From: an uncultured Planctomycetota bacterium
GTDB taxonomy: Bacteria; Planctomycetota; PLA2; JAEUHO01
Direction: 5' to 3'
DNA length: 64,000 bases
NCBI GenBank assembly: GCA_963752285.1
Contig: CAVVXN010000003.1
Coordinates: 444,179-508,178 of the forward strand
How positions within the stretch are numbered: the first letter of the stretch is position 1; the number at the start of each line of letters is the position of its first letter. The notes beneath the pieces are model-generated. The model made no database searches and was not told where the DNA came from. It saw only the letters and a list, made by a program, of their open reading frames with translations. The position numbers were made by a program, and so were the translations under genes. This document shows, one piece after another, positions 40,356-50,220 of this stretch.

Positions 40356-41132
40356 GTGCGGCGAGCGATCGGGAGGAGTGTCGCGATCTCGTTCCTGGGG
40401 CTCGCGGTCCCGTTCCTGAGGACCCCGCCCAGCGAAGCCGGGTGATGCGGCGGTCGCTCGGCCGCCAGTCTGGCGGCCCTCGAGATCCACTGGGACCGCG
40501 TCGCCTCCCTCGCTCCGCTCCCGTTCCAGATGCGGCCGTCCGACGCCGCCACGCCGGACGACCCGTTCGCCCGACTCGACAAGCCCGCGATCGTGTTCGT
40601 CCGCCCGGCCGACGCGACGGGCGACGTGTACGACAAGATCCAGACGAACGTGTTCAAGAACGAGAAGGTCGCGCTCGGCGTGAAGGCGTTCCGGACCGTG
40701 AGCATGTCGCCGGAGAGCGTCGCGCAGGATCCGATCCTCGCCGGCGCGGGCCACGAGGTGCCGCGGCTCTTGATCGTGGACCCCGTGAAGCGGGCGGTCA
40801 CGGTGCTCGAGAAGGCGAAGCTGCGTCCCGGGCTGCTCTACGGCGAGATGCGCTCCGTAGTCGGGCACTGCTACGAAGACGGCCTCGACGCGGTCGTGAA
40901 GGCGCACCTCCGGCTCCTGACCGAACGCGACCAGCTCGCGAACCAGGAGAAGGTGCTCCGCGAGAAGGCGGCGCGGCTCGCCGACGAGACCGGCGCGAAG
41001 GCGGAGCGGGACGGCCAGGAGGTGGCGGCGCAGATCGCCGAGGTGCAGCAGAAGCTCGAGGACCTCGGGGCGCGCGAGGCGAAGCTCTGGTGTCTCCGTT
41101 CGCGCCTCGACCCCGCGCACGCCGCGAGCTGA
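40356..41132 (+). CDS. Putative secreted selenoprotein (Sec30 in GUCGG); thioredoxin-like fold lacking CxxC, with C-terminal coiled coil
   Basis: GAGGT RBS 6 nt before GTG 40356; signal peptide MRRAIGRSVAISFLGLAVPFLRTPPSEA; in-frame TGA 40443-40445; frame continues into ORF 40530-41132; SECIS-like hairpin downstream. Confidence 0.7.
40457..40484 (+). promoter_or_regulatory. Putative bacterial SECIS element
   Basis: CTCG-GCCGCCA-GTC-TGGCGGC-CCT-CGAG hairpin beginning 11 nt after the UGA; apical GU about 23 nt from the UGA; apex CAGUCUG resembles E. coli fdhF CAGGUCUG. Confidence 0.65.
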
Positions 41133-41303
41133 GCGCTCGGCCCTACGTCGGGAGCTCTCGCGGCGCGCTCTCGCCGGTGTCGTCGCGGGACCTACGCCGT
41201 GGACCGCGCGGCGCCGCGCGCACACCGCTGAAGCCCGCGGCCCTCCCGACCGATCCCCGAGGACGGGGGTGTAGGTCCACGCTCGCCCCGGGGAGTCGTT
41301 GCC

Positions 41304-41564
41304 ATGCCGATCCGACCGAGGGTCCGGACCCGCGTCGCCCGATCGATCTTCGCCCTCCTGCCGCTCCTCGCGATGGGCCTCACGGGCTGCCGGCAGGCCT
41401 CGTGCGTCTGGCAGAACACGCGCGACGCCGTGGTGGCCGAGATGCCCCACGCCTGCTGCCCCGACGCGTGCGGAAACGTGTACGCGGAGCCCGTGTACGC
41501 GTCGTGCTGCGGCGGCGACAACGGGGTCGGGACCGGGGGCACCGGCGCGTTCGCCCGGCGCTAG
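41304..41564 (+). CDS. Small Cys-rich lipoprotein
   Basis: GGAG RBS; lipobox LTGC; C, CC, C, CC pattern in about 58 mature residues. Confidence 0.6.
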   Translation: MPIRPRVRTRVARSIFALLPLLAMGLTGCRQASCVWQNTRDAVVAEMPHACCPDACGNVYAEPVYASCCGGDNGVGTGGTGAFARR

Positions 41565-41639
41565 CGCCGACGCTTCCTCACGTGCGCTCGTGAACGTCTT
41601 CGGGGCGTCCGAGGGCGCCCGTGCGCGCCGAGGCTCCGC

Positions 41640-42338
41640 TCAGACCGGCGCCGGCGGAGGCAGGTCGTGCCACGTGCGGCCCCCGTCGCGGACCGCCTTT
41701 CGGTAGAGGTGCACGGCCTCGTCGTCGTCGTAGATCTCGACCTGCCCCAGGGCGACCTGGCGCGCGGCGAGCGGCGCCGCCGTCGCGACCACCGCGGCCC
41801 CGCGCCGAAGGCCCATCAGACGGCCCGGCGCCAGCCGCTCGAGCAGGTGGAGGGTCAGGCGTTCCGCCCGGACGGGGTCCCAGAGCTCGAGCACGTCCCG
41901 GTGCCCGCGATCGAGCAGGTAGACGCGGCGCCGCCGCTCGGTCTCCCAGAGCGGGAGCGTCGTCCGCTCGTGGGCCTCCAGATCGTCGGCCTCCTCGGCG
42001 AACTGGCGGACGATGGAGCGCGGGTCGCCCGCGGTACCGGGCGTGCAGATCAGGTCGTCGAACGCGGTCTCCAGGTCGGCCACGGGCGCGCCGTCGGCCT
42101 CGTCGCCGAAGCGGTTTCGGAGCGAGGCCTCGAGGGCCGGGCCCTGCGTCTCCCGAGCGTGCTCCCGGAGCCGTGCGAGCACCTCGCGCGCGCGCTCCCG
42201 CCACGAGACCAGCGCGGGCCGCTCCGCGGTCGCCGGCTCGGCCGGGTCGTGGTGTCCTGCCGGGTTGCGCGGGCCGCCCGAGGTCGTGTCGGGCCCCTGC
42301 CCGTGACCGCGCCCGCGGCGTCGCTTGCGTCGAACCAT
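41640..42338 (-). CDS. Hypothetical protein
   Basis: GGAG RBS before ATG 42338; natural composition and GC3 bias; no family recognised. Confidence 0.65.
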   Translation of the reverse strand: MVRRKRRRGRGHGQGPDTTSGGPRNPAGHHDPAEPATAERPALVSWRERAREVLARLREHARETQGPALEASLRNRFGDEADGAPVADLETAFDDLICTPGTAGDPRSIVRQFAEEADDLEAHERTTLPLWETERRRRVYLLDRGHRDVLELWDPVRAERLTLHLLERLAPGRLMGLRRGAAVVATAAPLAARQVALGQVEIYDDDEAVHLYRKAVRDGGRTWHDLPPPAPV

Positions 42339-42488
42339 CGGCGCTGACTCCAATCCCCGTCCGGACGATCGTCGGGGCCAGGATCGCACGCGCGGGCGAC
42401 ACCGCAACCGGCCCGCGGCCGGCGCCCCTGGCCAAGCGCGAGGGCCGAGAGGCCGCGACCCGCGCGACGCGCGTGCGGAGGCCCCGAC

Positions 42489-42527
42489 ACGAGAAGGCCC
42501 TCGCGTCGATCGCGCGACGCGAGGGCC
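42489..42527 (-). terminator. Probable intrinsic terminator
   Basis: 13-bp perfect stem GGCCCTCGCGTCG/CGACGCGAGGGCC, then TTCTC on the minus strand, 20 nt after stop 42547. Confidence 0.6.
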
Positions 42528-42546
42528 GATGGCGCTCCGGCTCGGA

Positions 42547-44685
42547 TCAGCGAGACGGCGGCGGGAACGAGGGCGCGGAGGGCGATCCCTGCGGCGCCTC
42601 CGGCGCGACCGGCGCCGGGCCACCGGGCGCGGGCGCGCCTTCCGGCGCGGCGCCGGGGACGGCGTTCCCGGGCTGGTTCGTCTCGGCCGCGCCCTGCGGC
42701 GGGAGCGGCGGCAGCATCGCGATCTGGAGGAGCGGCGCGGTCGTGTCCTCGGGCCTCAGGTCGAGCGTCCGGAAGATCTCCGCGTTCGCCTTCTCGCGCT
42801 CGCCCAACGCGACGTCGAAGTACGCGCGGACGAGGTGCGCGTCCGCGTCCTCGGGGTGGTTCATGAGGTGCAGGTCGAGGAGCTCGATCGCGCGGTCGAA
42901 GGTCTGGGGGTTCGGGTAGCTCGGGCGCGGGTCGAACCGGTAGCCGCGCGGGAAGGCGCCGAGGTCGGCGGCCTTCTGCAGGGCCTCGGCGGACCTGTCG
43001 AACCAGCCCTTCGCGAACGCGGCGTTCATCACCGCCATCCAGGCCTCGCCGTTGGTCTCGTCGGCGAGAGCCGCGGCGTAGAACTGCTTGTAGGCGTTCT
43101 CGAAGTCACCGGCCTTGAAGGCGTCCATGCCCGTGTCGAAGTAGCTCTTGCCCGGCGCCTTCTCGCTGGTTTGGCCCTCGGCGGGCGGGTTCACCGTGCC
43201 GCTCGGCGCGCCGAGCACTCCGGGCTGCACGACGGTTCCGGGCTGCACGACGGTCGGCGCGCCGCCCTCGACGACGATCGGCGACTCGTCCACGATCACG
43301 TAGCCCGGGTCGTAGTACGTGTAGTCCGTCGCGTAGTAGACGACGCCGAACCCGAAGGCGGGAAGGCCGTGGTACCACCACGGGCTGTACGCGCCGTACC
43401 ACCACGGGTCCCAGTAGACGCCCCAGGTGCCGCCCCAGTACGACGGGGCGAAGTAGCCGTAGTAGTTCCAGCCGCCCCAGGTCCGCCAGTACGGGCGGTA
43501 CCGGCCGCCGAAGTCGCCGTGGCGGTGGCTGAAGTACGAGGACCCGACGCCGCCGTGGTCGTAGCGCACGCCGGCGCGCGGTCCGAGGGTCAGTGCCGAC
43601 GAGCCGGAGCGGACGCCGCCGCGCGCGGTGATCGCGCTCGACACGCCCGCGCGGGTCGCGAGCGCCTCTTCGCTCCCGCGGCGGACGCCGCCGCGGACGA
43701 GGCCGCTCGACGTCGTCGTCGCGGAGCCGGGGAACGCGCGGCTGCCGCCGGAGCGCACCGCGCCGCGCCCGAAGGCGGGGCCGGTGGTCCGGACGGTCGC
43801 GCCGCCCGTGGTCGTGCCGGGCGTCGCGCGGGTGATGGTCGGCGTCGGAGCGGAGCCGGGGAGCATCCGGCCGCGCGCGCCGCCGAAGCGGTTCTGGAGC
43901 CGCTCGCGGAAGGTCGTCGTCGGCGCGCTCGGGGCCGAGGTCACGCCGGCGGCCTGCGTGCCGTTCTGGCCGCCGCCGTAACCCCGCGGGGCGAAGGTCC
44001 GGCCGCGGAGGGCGTCGAGACGCTGCCGAAACGTCTGCGTGTCCCCGCGAGTGGACGGCTGCGTTCCCGGGACGGCGACGTTCGGGGTCGTCGTGGGGGC
44101 GAAGGTTCGGCCGGGGAGGACCCGGTTGCCGCCCCGCTCCTGCGACCAGGTGCGGAGTCGCTCCAGGGCCTGGCCCTGCTGCTGGGGCGTCACGACGCGC
44201 GGCGCCGCCTGGTTCGGGACGAAGCGCGCCTCGTTTCGCGGCCAGGACGGCTGGACGCTCGGCTGCGCGAACGTCCGGGACGGCGCGACGAAGCGCGTTC
44301 CCGGATCGACGGTGCGGCCCGGGAACGACCGGAGGCCGTTCGCGCCGCCGGAACCCGCCGCAAAACCGCGCGAGGGAGCCGTGTAGGTGGCCCGGGGCGC
44401 CGTGTAGGTCGGCCGGGGGGCCGTGTACGTGGGCCGGGGCGCCGTGTAGGTGGGCGTCGGGGCCGTGTTGCCGCCCGACGCGCGACCGGGGAAGAGACGC
44501 GAACCGCCGCTCGACCAGCCGCCGCGCGAGCCGCCCGACGGCGCCCCGCCGCCGCGGAACACGCGACCGCTCGCGCCGCGCACCGCTTGACCGGTGCGCA
44601 CGCCGCCTCCGCGGGCCTCGGCGACGCCCGGTACGAAGACGGCGAGCGAGGAGAGGCTCACCACCACCATCAGCGTTCTGTACAT
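42547..44685 (-). CDS. Secreted protein: long Gly/Arg/Thr/Pro low-complexity region, Tyr/Trp/Gly-rich segment, C-terminal TPRs
   Basis: Signal peptide AEA|R; TYTAPRP repeats; YWRTWGGWNYYGYF...WWY; G..AFKAGDF..A TPR helices. Confidence 0.82.
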   Translation of the reverse strand: MYRTLMVVVSLSSLAVFVPGVAEARGGGVRTGQAVRGASGRVFRGGGAPSGGSRGGWSSGGSRLFPGRASGGNTAPTPTYTAPRPTYTAPRPTYTAPRATYTAPSRGFAAGSGGANGLRSFPGRTVDPGTRFVAPSRTFAQPSVQPSWPRNEARFVPNQAAPRVVTPQQQGQALERLRTWSQERGGNRVLPGRTFAPTTTPNVAVPGTQPSTRGDTQTFRQRLDALRGRTFAPRGYGGGQNGTQAAGVTSAPSAPTTTFRERLQNRFGGARGRMLPGSAPTPTITRATPGTTTGGATVRTTGPAFGRGAVRSGGSRAFPGSATTTSSGLVRGGVRRGSEEALATRAGVSSAITARGGVRSGSSALTLGPRAGVRYDHGGVGSSYFSHRHGDFGGRYRPYWRTWGGWNYYGYFAPSYWGGTWGVYWDPWWYGAYSPWWYHGLPAFGFGVVYYATDYTYYDPGYVIVDESPIVVEGGAPTVVQPGTVVQPGVLGAPSGTVNPPAEGQTSEKAPGKSYFDTGMDAFKAGDFENAYKQFYAAALADETNGEAWMAVMNAAFAKGWFDRSAEALQKAADLGAFPRGYRFDPRPSYPNPQTFDRAIELLDLHLMNHPEDADAHLVRAYFDVALGEREKANAEIFRTLDLRPEDTTAPLLQIAMLPPLPPQGAAETNQPGNAVPGAAPEGAPAPGGPAPVAPEAPQGSPSAPSFPPPSR
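44375..44468 (-). repeat. 21-bp coding tandem repeat (TYTAPRP about 4 times)
   Basis: gccgtgtaggt recurs with a 21-nt period. Confidence 0.85.
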
Positions 44686-44971
44686 GGGCATCTCCGATCG
44701 AGGGTCGAAGCGAGGCCGGTACCCGCGAGGACCTGCTGAACAGGCTACCGCGAACGGTGGGCCAATGAACCCGCTACACGCGAGAATTCGGCGTTTGGCG
44801 GCCGAATGGCCGAACCGGGTCGATTCCGTCCGCGTTCGGTTCGCGCGGGCGTGTCCCACCCGTTCGAACGCGTTCGCCCGTGGACCGCGCGCTGCCGATT
44901 CGGCACGATGGACGGCGCGGCGCCGGACCTTCCCCGACGCGCCGTGCGCGCCTTCGGCTCGACGCCGTCGG

Positions 44972-45373
44972 TCAGCCGGCGACGCCGATCGCGAAGCGGT
45001 TCTGCGCGAGGTCCTGGCCCTCCCACTCGAGGATCAGGTCGAACCAGCCGCCGCGCGTCACGGGGATCGACTGGATCCGCGCCTGCAGGACCACCTGCCG
45101 GCCGTCGTAGGCCGCGGGGACGTCGATCGAGAGGGGCATCCGCGCGGTCAGGTGCTCCGCGTTCCCGGCGGGGTGGAGGCGAAACGCGCACTCCCGCTTC
45201 CCGGGCGTGACGCCCCGGACGAAGGCGATGAAGGTGAGGGGGCCCGCGTCCCCGGGGAGCGCTTCCAGCGCGACCACCTCGAGGACGGACTCGAGATCGA
45301 TCCGCCCCTGTTCGTCCACCTTGGCGTTACGACATACGAGCAGCGCATGAACGCTCGGCACGGACGATTCCAT
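44972..45373 (-). CDS. Small beta-sandwich hypothetical protein (DUF6941-like)
   Basis: GAGG RBS; ALLVC..A.VD..G.I.L..V; G.FDL.LEWEG..L. Confidence 0.7.
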   Translation of the reverse strand: MESSVPSVHALLVCRNAKVDEQGRIDLESVLEVVALEALPGDAGPLTFIAFVRGVTPGKRECAFRLHPAGNAEHLTARMPLSIDVPAAYDGRQVVLQARIQSIPVTRGGWFDLILEWEGQDLAQNRFAIGVAG

Positions 45374-45448
45374 GGCTTCCTCTCGGCGTCGGGGGTCGAA
45401 CCCTACCCCGCGTCGTGTCCCTCGGCGAGGCCGATCCGGCCGCGCGCG

Positions 45449-47053
45449 GTCCACGGCCGCCGCCCCGGGCCGCGCGTTTTCGCCGTCGTCCTCGCCCTGG
45501 TCCTCGCCGCGCTCGTCCTCGGTCCCGCGGTGTTCGCGCTCCCCGAGGTGATCTCGGCCGACGGGCACTGGCACGCCTTCGACCTGAAGCAGCCGGGGCA
45601 GGTGCTCTCCTATCGGTTCGAGATCGTGTCGGGCTGCCGCTACCGCGTGCGCGTGGAGGGGAAGAGCCTCCCGCGGGTCGAGATCGAGGTGGGGCCCGGC
45701 GAGGGGACGCTCTACCACGCGAGCTCCGTCGAGACGCCCGGGCCCGCGGGCACGGACCCCGCCCCGTCCGACGAGACGCCGCCCGCCCAGGCCGCGAAGC
45801 CGGAGGGGCCTCCCGCGGCGACGGTCGCGTGGTACGCCGAGCGGGACGACGTCTACGACCTCCGCGTGCGCGGCTTCTCGACGCTCACGGGCACGGGGCG
45901 GGTGACGCTCGAGACGCTCGGGCCGGACGGCGAGAAGGTCGCCCGGCATCGTCGCTTCCTCGCGCCCGGCGGGACGCTCTCGCGCGTCGGCGACCTCCGC
46001 GTGGACGAGGCGAACGCGTGGGAGCTCGTCGTGCGCGAGGGCCACCGGTACGAGATCCGCTCGCGCCCGGGCACGGCGGGGCCGCTCCGACTCCGCGTCG
46101 TCGCGGCCGACGGAGGGGTCGTGGCGTCCGCCGAGCCCGGGCCCGCGTCGCCGTATCCCGCGCTTCGCTTCGCCCCGCCGCCGCCCTCGAAGGACGAGGA
46201 GAAGCCGGGGCCCGCCCCGGCCGCGCTCCGGCTCGAGGTCGAGGCCGTGGACGGGGCGGGCGGCACGTACGGCGTGCGGCTCGTCGAGGACCCGTCCCCG
46301 ACCCTCGCGCCCGCCGCGCCGACGCCCGAAGCCCTGGGCCCCGAGGCACCGGGCCCCCGGGCACCGGGCCCCGATGCGCCGCCGCCCGGCGCGTCCCAAC
46401 CGGGCGGCCCGCGGGTCGGGCCGGGCGCGGGGTCGCGCGGGCTTCTCCTGCCGTTCGACGCGGGGCCGGGGGACCTCGCGGTGCTCTACATGGGCCGGTC
46501 CGACCCCTACGACCCGCACTGGCTCCAGGCGAAGGAGGGCGCGCGCTGGCGGACGCTTCCGCAGGACGACCTCGGCGTCTACGGCCGGCGCGCGAGCATG
46601 CGGACGCCCGAGAACGCGTCGCTCGTGTGGTTTCGGCCGAACGTGAAGGGCACGTTCCGCTTCGTCGAGCCGGCCGGGGCCGACGCGCACCTCACGGTCT
46701 ACGGCGCCGAGGCCTCGCGCGGCGGCCCGCTCCTCATCGGGACGGGCCTCGACCCGACGGTGCTCGCGAGCGGCACCTCGGCCTGGCGCACGGTGGGCGT
46801 CGGCGTGTGCATGCCGGGGTGGGCGTACCTCTTCGTCGCGGTCCCCCGGCGGCGGACGGCCGTGGCGATGCGGGTCGAGACCGTGGACGGGGACGCGCTG
46901 GCCTACCGACCGATCCGGGGCACGGCCCTGGCGGAGGTGGCGGGCGTCGGCCCCTCCCTCCGGTTCCGGGTGAAGCGGCCGACGCTCGTGCGCCTCCAGG
47001 TCCGGGGCCCGTCGTGGGAGGGGTACGCGCTCCTGCGGCGCGCCTCGAACTGA
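45449..47053 (+). CDS. Secreted beta-rich hypothetical protein with PPC-like domains (start unresolved)
   Basis: Signal-like VFAVVLALVLAALVLGPAVFA; G.RY.VRV, YDLRVRGF, G.GGTYGVR motifs; no clear in-frame start codon. Confidence 0.65.
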   Translation, partial: VHGRRPGPRVFAVVLALVLAALVLGPAVFALPEVISADGHWHAFDLKQPGQVLSYRFEIVSGCRYRVRVEGKSLPRVEIEVGPGEGTLYHASSVETPGPAGTDPAPSDETPPAQAAKPEGPPAATVAWYAERDDVYDLRVRGFSTLTGTGRVTLETLGPDGEKVARHRRFLAPGGTLSRVGDLRVDEANAWELVVREGHRYEIRSRPGTAGPLRLRVVAADGGVVASAEPGPASPYPALRFAPPPPSKDEEKPGPAPAALRLEVEAVDGAGGTYGVRLVEDPSPTLAPAAPTPEALGPEAPGPRAPGPDAPPPGASQPGGPRVGPGAGSRGLLLPFDAGPGDLAVLYMGRSDPYDPHWLQAKEGARWRTLPQDDLGVYGRRASMRTPENASLVWFRPNVKGTFRFVEPAGADAHLTVYGAEASRGGPLLIGTGLDPTVLASGTSAWRTVGVGVCMPGWAYLFVAVPRRRTAVAMRVETVDGDALAYRPIRGTALAEVAGVGPSLRFRVKRPTLVRLQVRGPSWEGYALLRRASN

Positions 47054-47156
47054 GGACCCGCCCGCGCGTCGCCGGGGCCGCGGCGGGACACGGGACGGGT
47101 CCGGGGCGCCGGCCCCGGTCGGGACCCGCGTGCCACCGACCCCCCCGTGAGGTTTG

Positions 47157-49355
47157 ATGGCGGCCGTGTTCCCGCAACGGACCCCGTTCCGTCCCCTCCT
47201 CGCCGCCGCCCTCTTCGTCCTGGTCTTCGCGCTCCGCGCGGGACCGACGGGCGCGGCCGAGGACGCCGTGCCGGTCCGCAACGGGATGCCGCTCGAGGCG
47301 ACGATCGCCCCGGGGAGCTCGGCCTGGGTCGGACGCATCGACATCCCGCCCGAAGCGGTCGCCCTGAGCGTCATCGTCTCCGCCGATCGCGACGTCGATC
47401 TCCATCTGCGGTTCGAGCGCCCCGCGACGTTGGACTACGCCGAGACCGCGGACGCGTCGTCGCTCTCGCCGTCGCCCTACGAGGTACTCGCGCTCGGACC
47501 GGGGCAGACGCCGGCGCTCAAGCCCGGCGCGTGGTTCATCACGGTCGAGAACCCGTTCCCCCAGTCGGGCGGCGTGTCGTTCGAGATCGCGGCCTTCGTG
47601 GACCGCCGCGGCGCGGACCGTTCCGTGCTCCCCGGCGAGCCGGCGACGGTCGGGCCGTCCCCGTCGGGACGCGGCGTCCTGCTCCGCACGTACGTCCCGC
47701 GTCGCGCGCTCCGCGCCGAGATGGACCTCGCGCCGCCCGCCTCCGAGGGGCTCCGCTTCCGCGTGGAGGGGCCGAACGGCTTCTCGCGGCAGGGAACGTC
47801 ACGCCAGGGCCGCCTCGTGATCGACCGGAGCGAGGCGCCGCCGGGCACGTACCTCCTCAACGTCGCGCCCGAGGGCGACCAGCGCGGCGCGCACTTCGAG
47901 GCGCGGATGACGCTCGTGTTCCCCGGCGGGTGGGTGCTGCCGCAGCCCCCGAGCGCCGAGCTCAAGCCCGGGACGCCGATGCCCTTCCTGCTCGGCGGCG
48001 AGCAGAACGGCGACTCGCAGCGCTTCCGCGTCGTCGTGCCGACGGGCTGGCGCGGGTTCGTGCTCGAGGCCGCGAACGCGCGGGGTCTCGACGCCGACAT
48101 CTACGTCCGCCGCGGCCAGCCGCCGCAGCACGAGGACGAGGACGCCGACTGGGTCGGGCTCTCGACCGCGCCGGTCGAGCACGTCGTGGTGGGGGGCACC
48201 GACCCGCTCGAGCCGGGCCTCTACCACGGCGAGGTCGTGCTGCTCGAGAACGAGAACCCGGCCGAGGTCGTGGTCACGCTGAAGCCGATCGAGGGCGCGA
48301 CGGGGCCGCACGCGTGGGGCGACGAGGACCCGCCGGTGCTCCTGCCCGACGCGTGGACGCCGGGCGCGGTCGAGGTCGGGCGCTCGGGCATCCAGTGGTT
48401 CGGCGTGGACCTCCCCGAGGGGACGGGCGCCCTCCACGCGCAGGTGCTCGACGCGTCGGGCCCGCTCGAGCTGGTCCTCGCGCGGCCGAGCGACGGCAGC
48501 ATCACCGCGCGCGCGTTCTCGGCGATGGTGGACGAGCACCTGGGCGTCGCGTTCAACCCGCCGCTCCAGGCGGTGAAGCGCATGTACCTCGGCGTCGTGA
48601 ACCGCGCGACGTGGGAGTCGCGGGTGACGTTCCGGATCGCGGTGGGCATCGACCGGCGGCCGACGCTCCCGTCCGACCTGGTCTGGCCGCCCGTGATGAA
48701 GACGGACGACCTCACGGTGCCCGAGAAGACCGCCGCGGCCACCGTCGAGATCACGATCGGCGACTGCAGCGGCGGGAGCGGAGTGTGCGTGAGCCCGTCG
48801 GGCCTCGTGCTCTCGTGCCGCCACTGCCTCGAGATGACGGACGGCAGCGGCCGCGTGCAGCGCGACCCGATCCTCGTCGCGTTCACGCGCACGTTCGACA
48901 TCCCGCCGATCCAGACGTTCTTCGCCGAGATCGTGGAGGAGGACCAGGACAAGGACCTCGTGCTCCTCCGCCCGCTCCGCGACGTGTTCGGCCGTCCGCT
49001 CCCGAGCGACGTGGCGTTTCCCTGGGTGCCGCTCGGCGACTCCGAGAAGGCGCGGCTCGGCCAGACCCTCTTCGTGGCCGGCTACCCGCAGATGGGCTCG
49101 GAGTGCGTCCGGACGGCGGTGGTCCTCTCGCGAGGGATCGTGTCGGGTCTCGAGCGCGAGACCGACGGCACGACGTGGATCAAGACCGACGCGTGGGTCG
49201 CACCGGGCCACAGCGGCGGCCCCGTCGTGGACGAGGAGGGCCGGCTGCTGGCCCTCGCCGCCGCGACGCTCGGCACGACGGAGTCGCTGGGCCTCGCGAT
49301 CCCGGTCGCACGCTTTCCGAAGTCGTTCCTCGAACGGATTCGGGCGGTTCAGTAA
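47157..49355 (+). CDS. Secreted trypsin-like serine protease with N-terminal PPC-like domains
   Basis: Signal peptide; DVDLHL/DADIYV PPC motifs; GSG..VS..GLVLSCRHC, DLVLL, GHSGGP catalytic motifs. Confidence 0.9.
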   Translation: MAAVFPQRTPFRPLLAAALFVLVFALRAGPTGAAEDAVPVRNGMPLEATIAPGSSAWVGRIDIPPEAVALSVIVSADRDVDLHLRFERPATLDYAETADASSLSPSPYEVLALGPGQTPALKPGAWFITVENPFPQSGGVSFEIAAFVDRRGADRSVLPGEPATVGPSPSGRGVLLRTYVPRRALRAEMDLAPPASEGLRFRVEGPNGFSRQGTSRQGRLVIDRSEAPPGTYLLNVAPEGDQRGAHFEARMTLVFPGGWVLPQPPSAELKPGTPMPFLLGGEQNGDSQRFRVVVPTGWRGFVLEAANARGLDADIYVRRGQPPQHEDEDADWVGLSTAPVEHVVVGGTDPLEPGLYHGEVVLLENENPAEVVVTLKPIEGATGPHAWGDEDPPVLLPDAWTPGAVEVGRSGIQWFGVDLPEGTGALHAQVLDASGPLELVLARPSDGSITARAFSAMVDEHLGVAFNPPLQAVKRMYLGVVNRATWESRVTFRIAVGIDRRPTLPSDLVWPPVMKTDDLTVPEKTAAATVEITIGDCSGGSGVCVSPSGLVLSCRHCLEMTDGSGRVQRDPILVAFTRTFDIPPIQTFFAEIVEEDQDKDLVLLRPLRDVFGRPLPSDVAFPWVPLGDSEKARLGQTLFVAGYPQMGSECVRTAVVLSRGIVSGLERETDGTTWIKTDAWVAPGHSGGPVVDEEGRLLALAAATLGTTESLGLAIPVARFPKSFLERIRAVQ

Positions 49356-49519
49356 CCGGTACGGAGGCGGGGCGATGCTCGCCGCTTTCCCCCTCCCCGC
49401 GGTCCGTCGCGCTCGCCGCCCCGGTCGAATCCTCGTAGACGCGGGCCCGGGAGGGGAATTTGCGCCCCCGGGCGGCCGGGACCGCTAGACTCTGGGGTTT
49501 GCCGGTTTCGAGGGCATCC

Positions 49520-49948
49520 ATGACCGAGACCCCCCCGACCGAGCCCCGCGTGCTGTCGAGCGTCCGGGAGCCGCGCGCGCCCGTCCTCCCGCGGCGGCTC
49601 TGGATCCTCGGGTTCGACCGCCCCCGGATCGAGCGGGCCGCCGCCGAGCTCGAGGCGGCCGGCCACCGCGTGAAGCACTGCGAGCCGGGCGGCGAGCTCG
49701 GCAACACGATCAGGGACTTTCGGCCTGACGTGATCGTGATCGACATGGCCGAGCAGCCCGAGCGGGGGCGCCACGCCGCGGTCCAGCTCCGCGCGGACCG
49801 CGCGACGCGCCAGCTCCCGATCGTCCTCGTCGGGGTCGCGCCCGAGGAGCGGCTGAAGTCCGACAAGACCGTCACGGGCCCGACGCGCCGGTACATGCAA
49901 CCGCTCGACGCGCCGTCGGTCCTGAACGCGCTGCTGGCGGACCTCTGA
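49520..49948 (+). CDS. Degenerate stand-alone receiver-domain protein
   Basis: LEAAGH.V, PDVIVIDM, LRADRATRQLPIVLV; lacks the N-terminal acidic pair and the conserved Lys. Confidence 0.7.
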   Translation: MTETPPTEPRVLSSVREPRAPVLPRRLWILGFDRPRIERAAAELEAAGHRVKHCEPGGELGNTIRDFRPDVIVIDMAEQPERGRHAAVQLRADRATRQLPIVLVGVAPEERLKSDKTVTGPTRRYMQPLDAPSVLNALLADL

Positions 49949-50220
49949 CGAATCGGAGGGCGCGGGCCGGTTGACGCTCCGGGTCGTCGGGCCGGTCCAC
50001 CTCCCGACGATCGCGCACCCCCTCACGAGCCCGCGTGCCGGAGCGGAGACGGGGACTCGTGGTGGCCCTCGGCTTCGCGGGTCGAGAGCGTGCTCGTTCC
50101 CGTGCTCGTCCTCTCGCTGATGAGACGGGGCGCGGGCCCTCCGCGCAGAGGGGCACCGCCACCCAGGCGTCGGTAGAGTCCGGTGCGGCCCGCGCACCGC
50201 GGTGCCGAGCGGAGCCTCCC

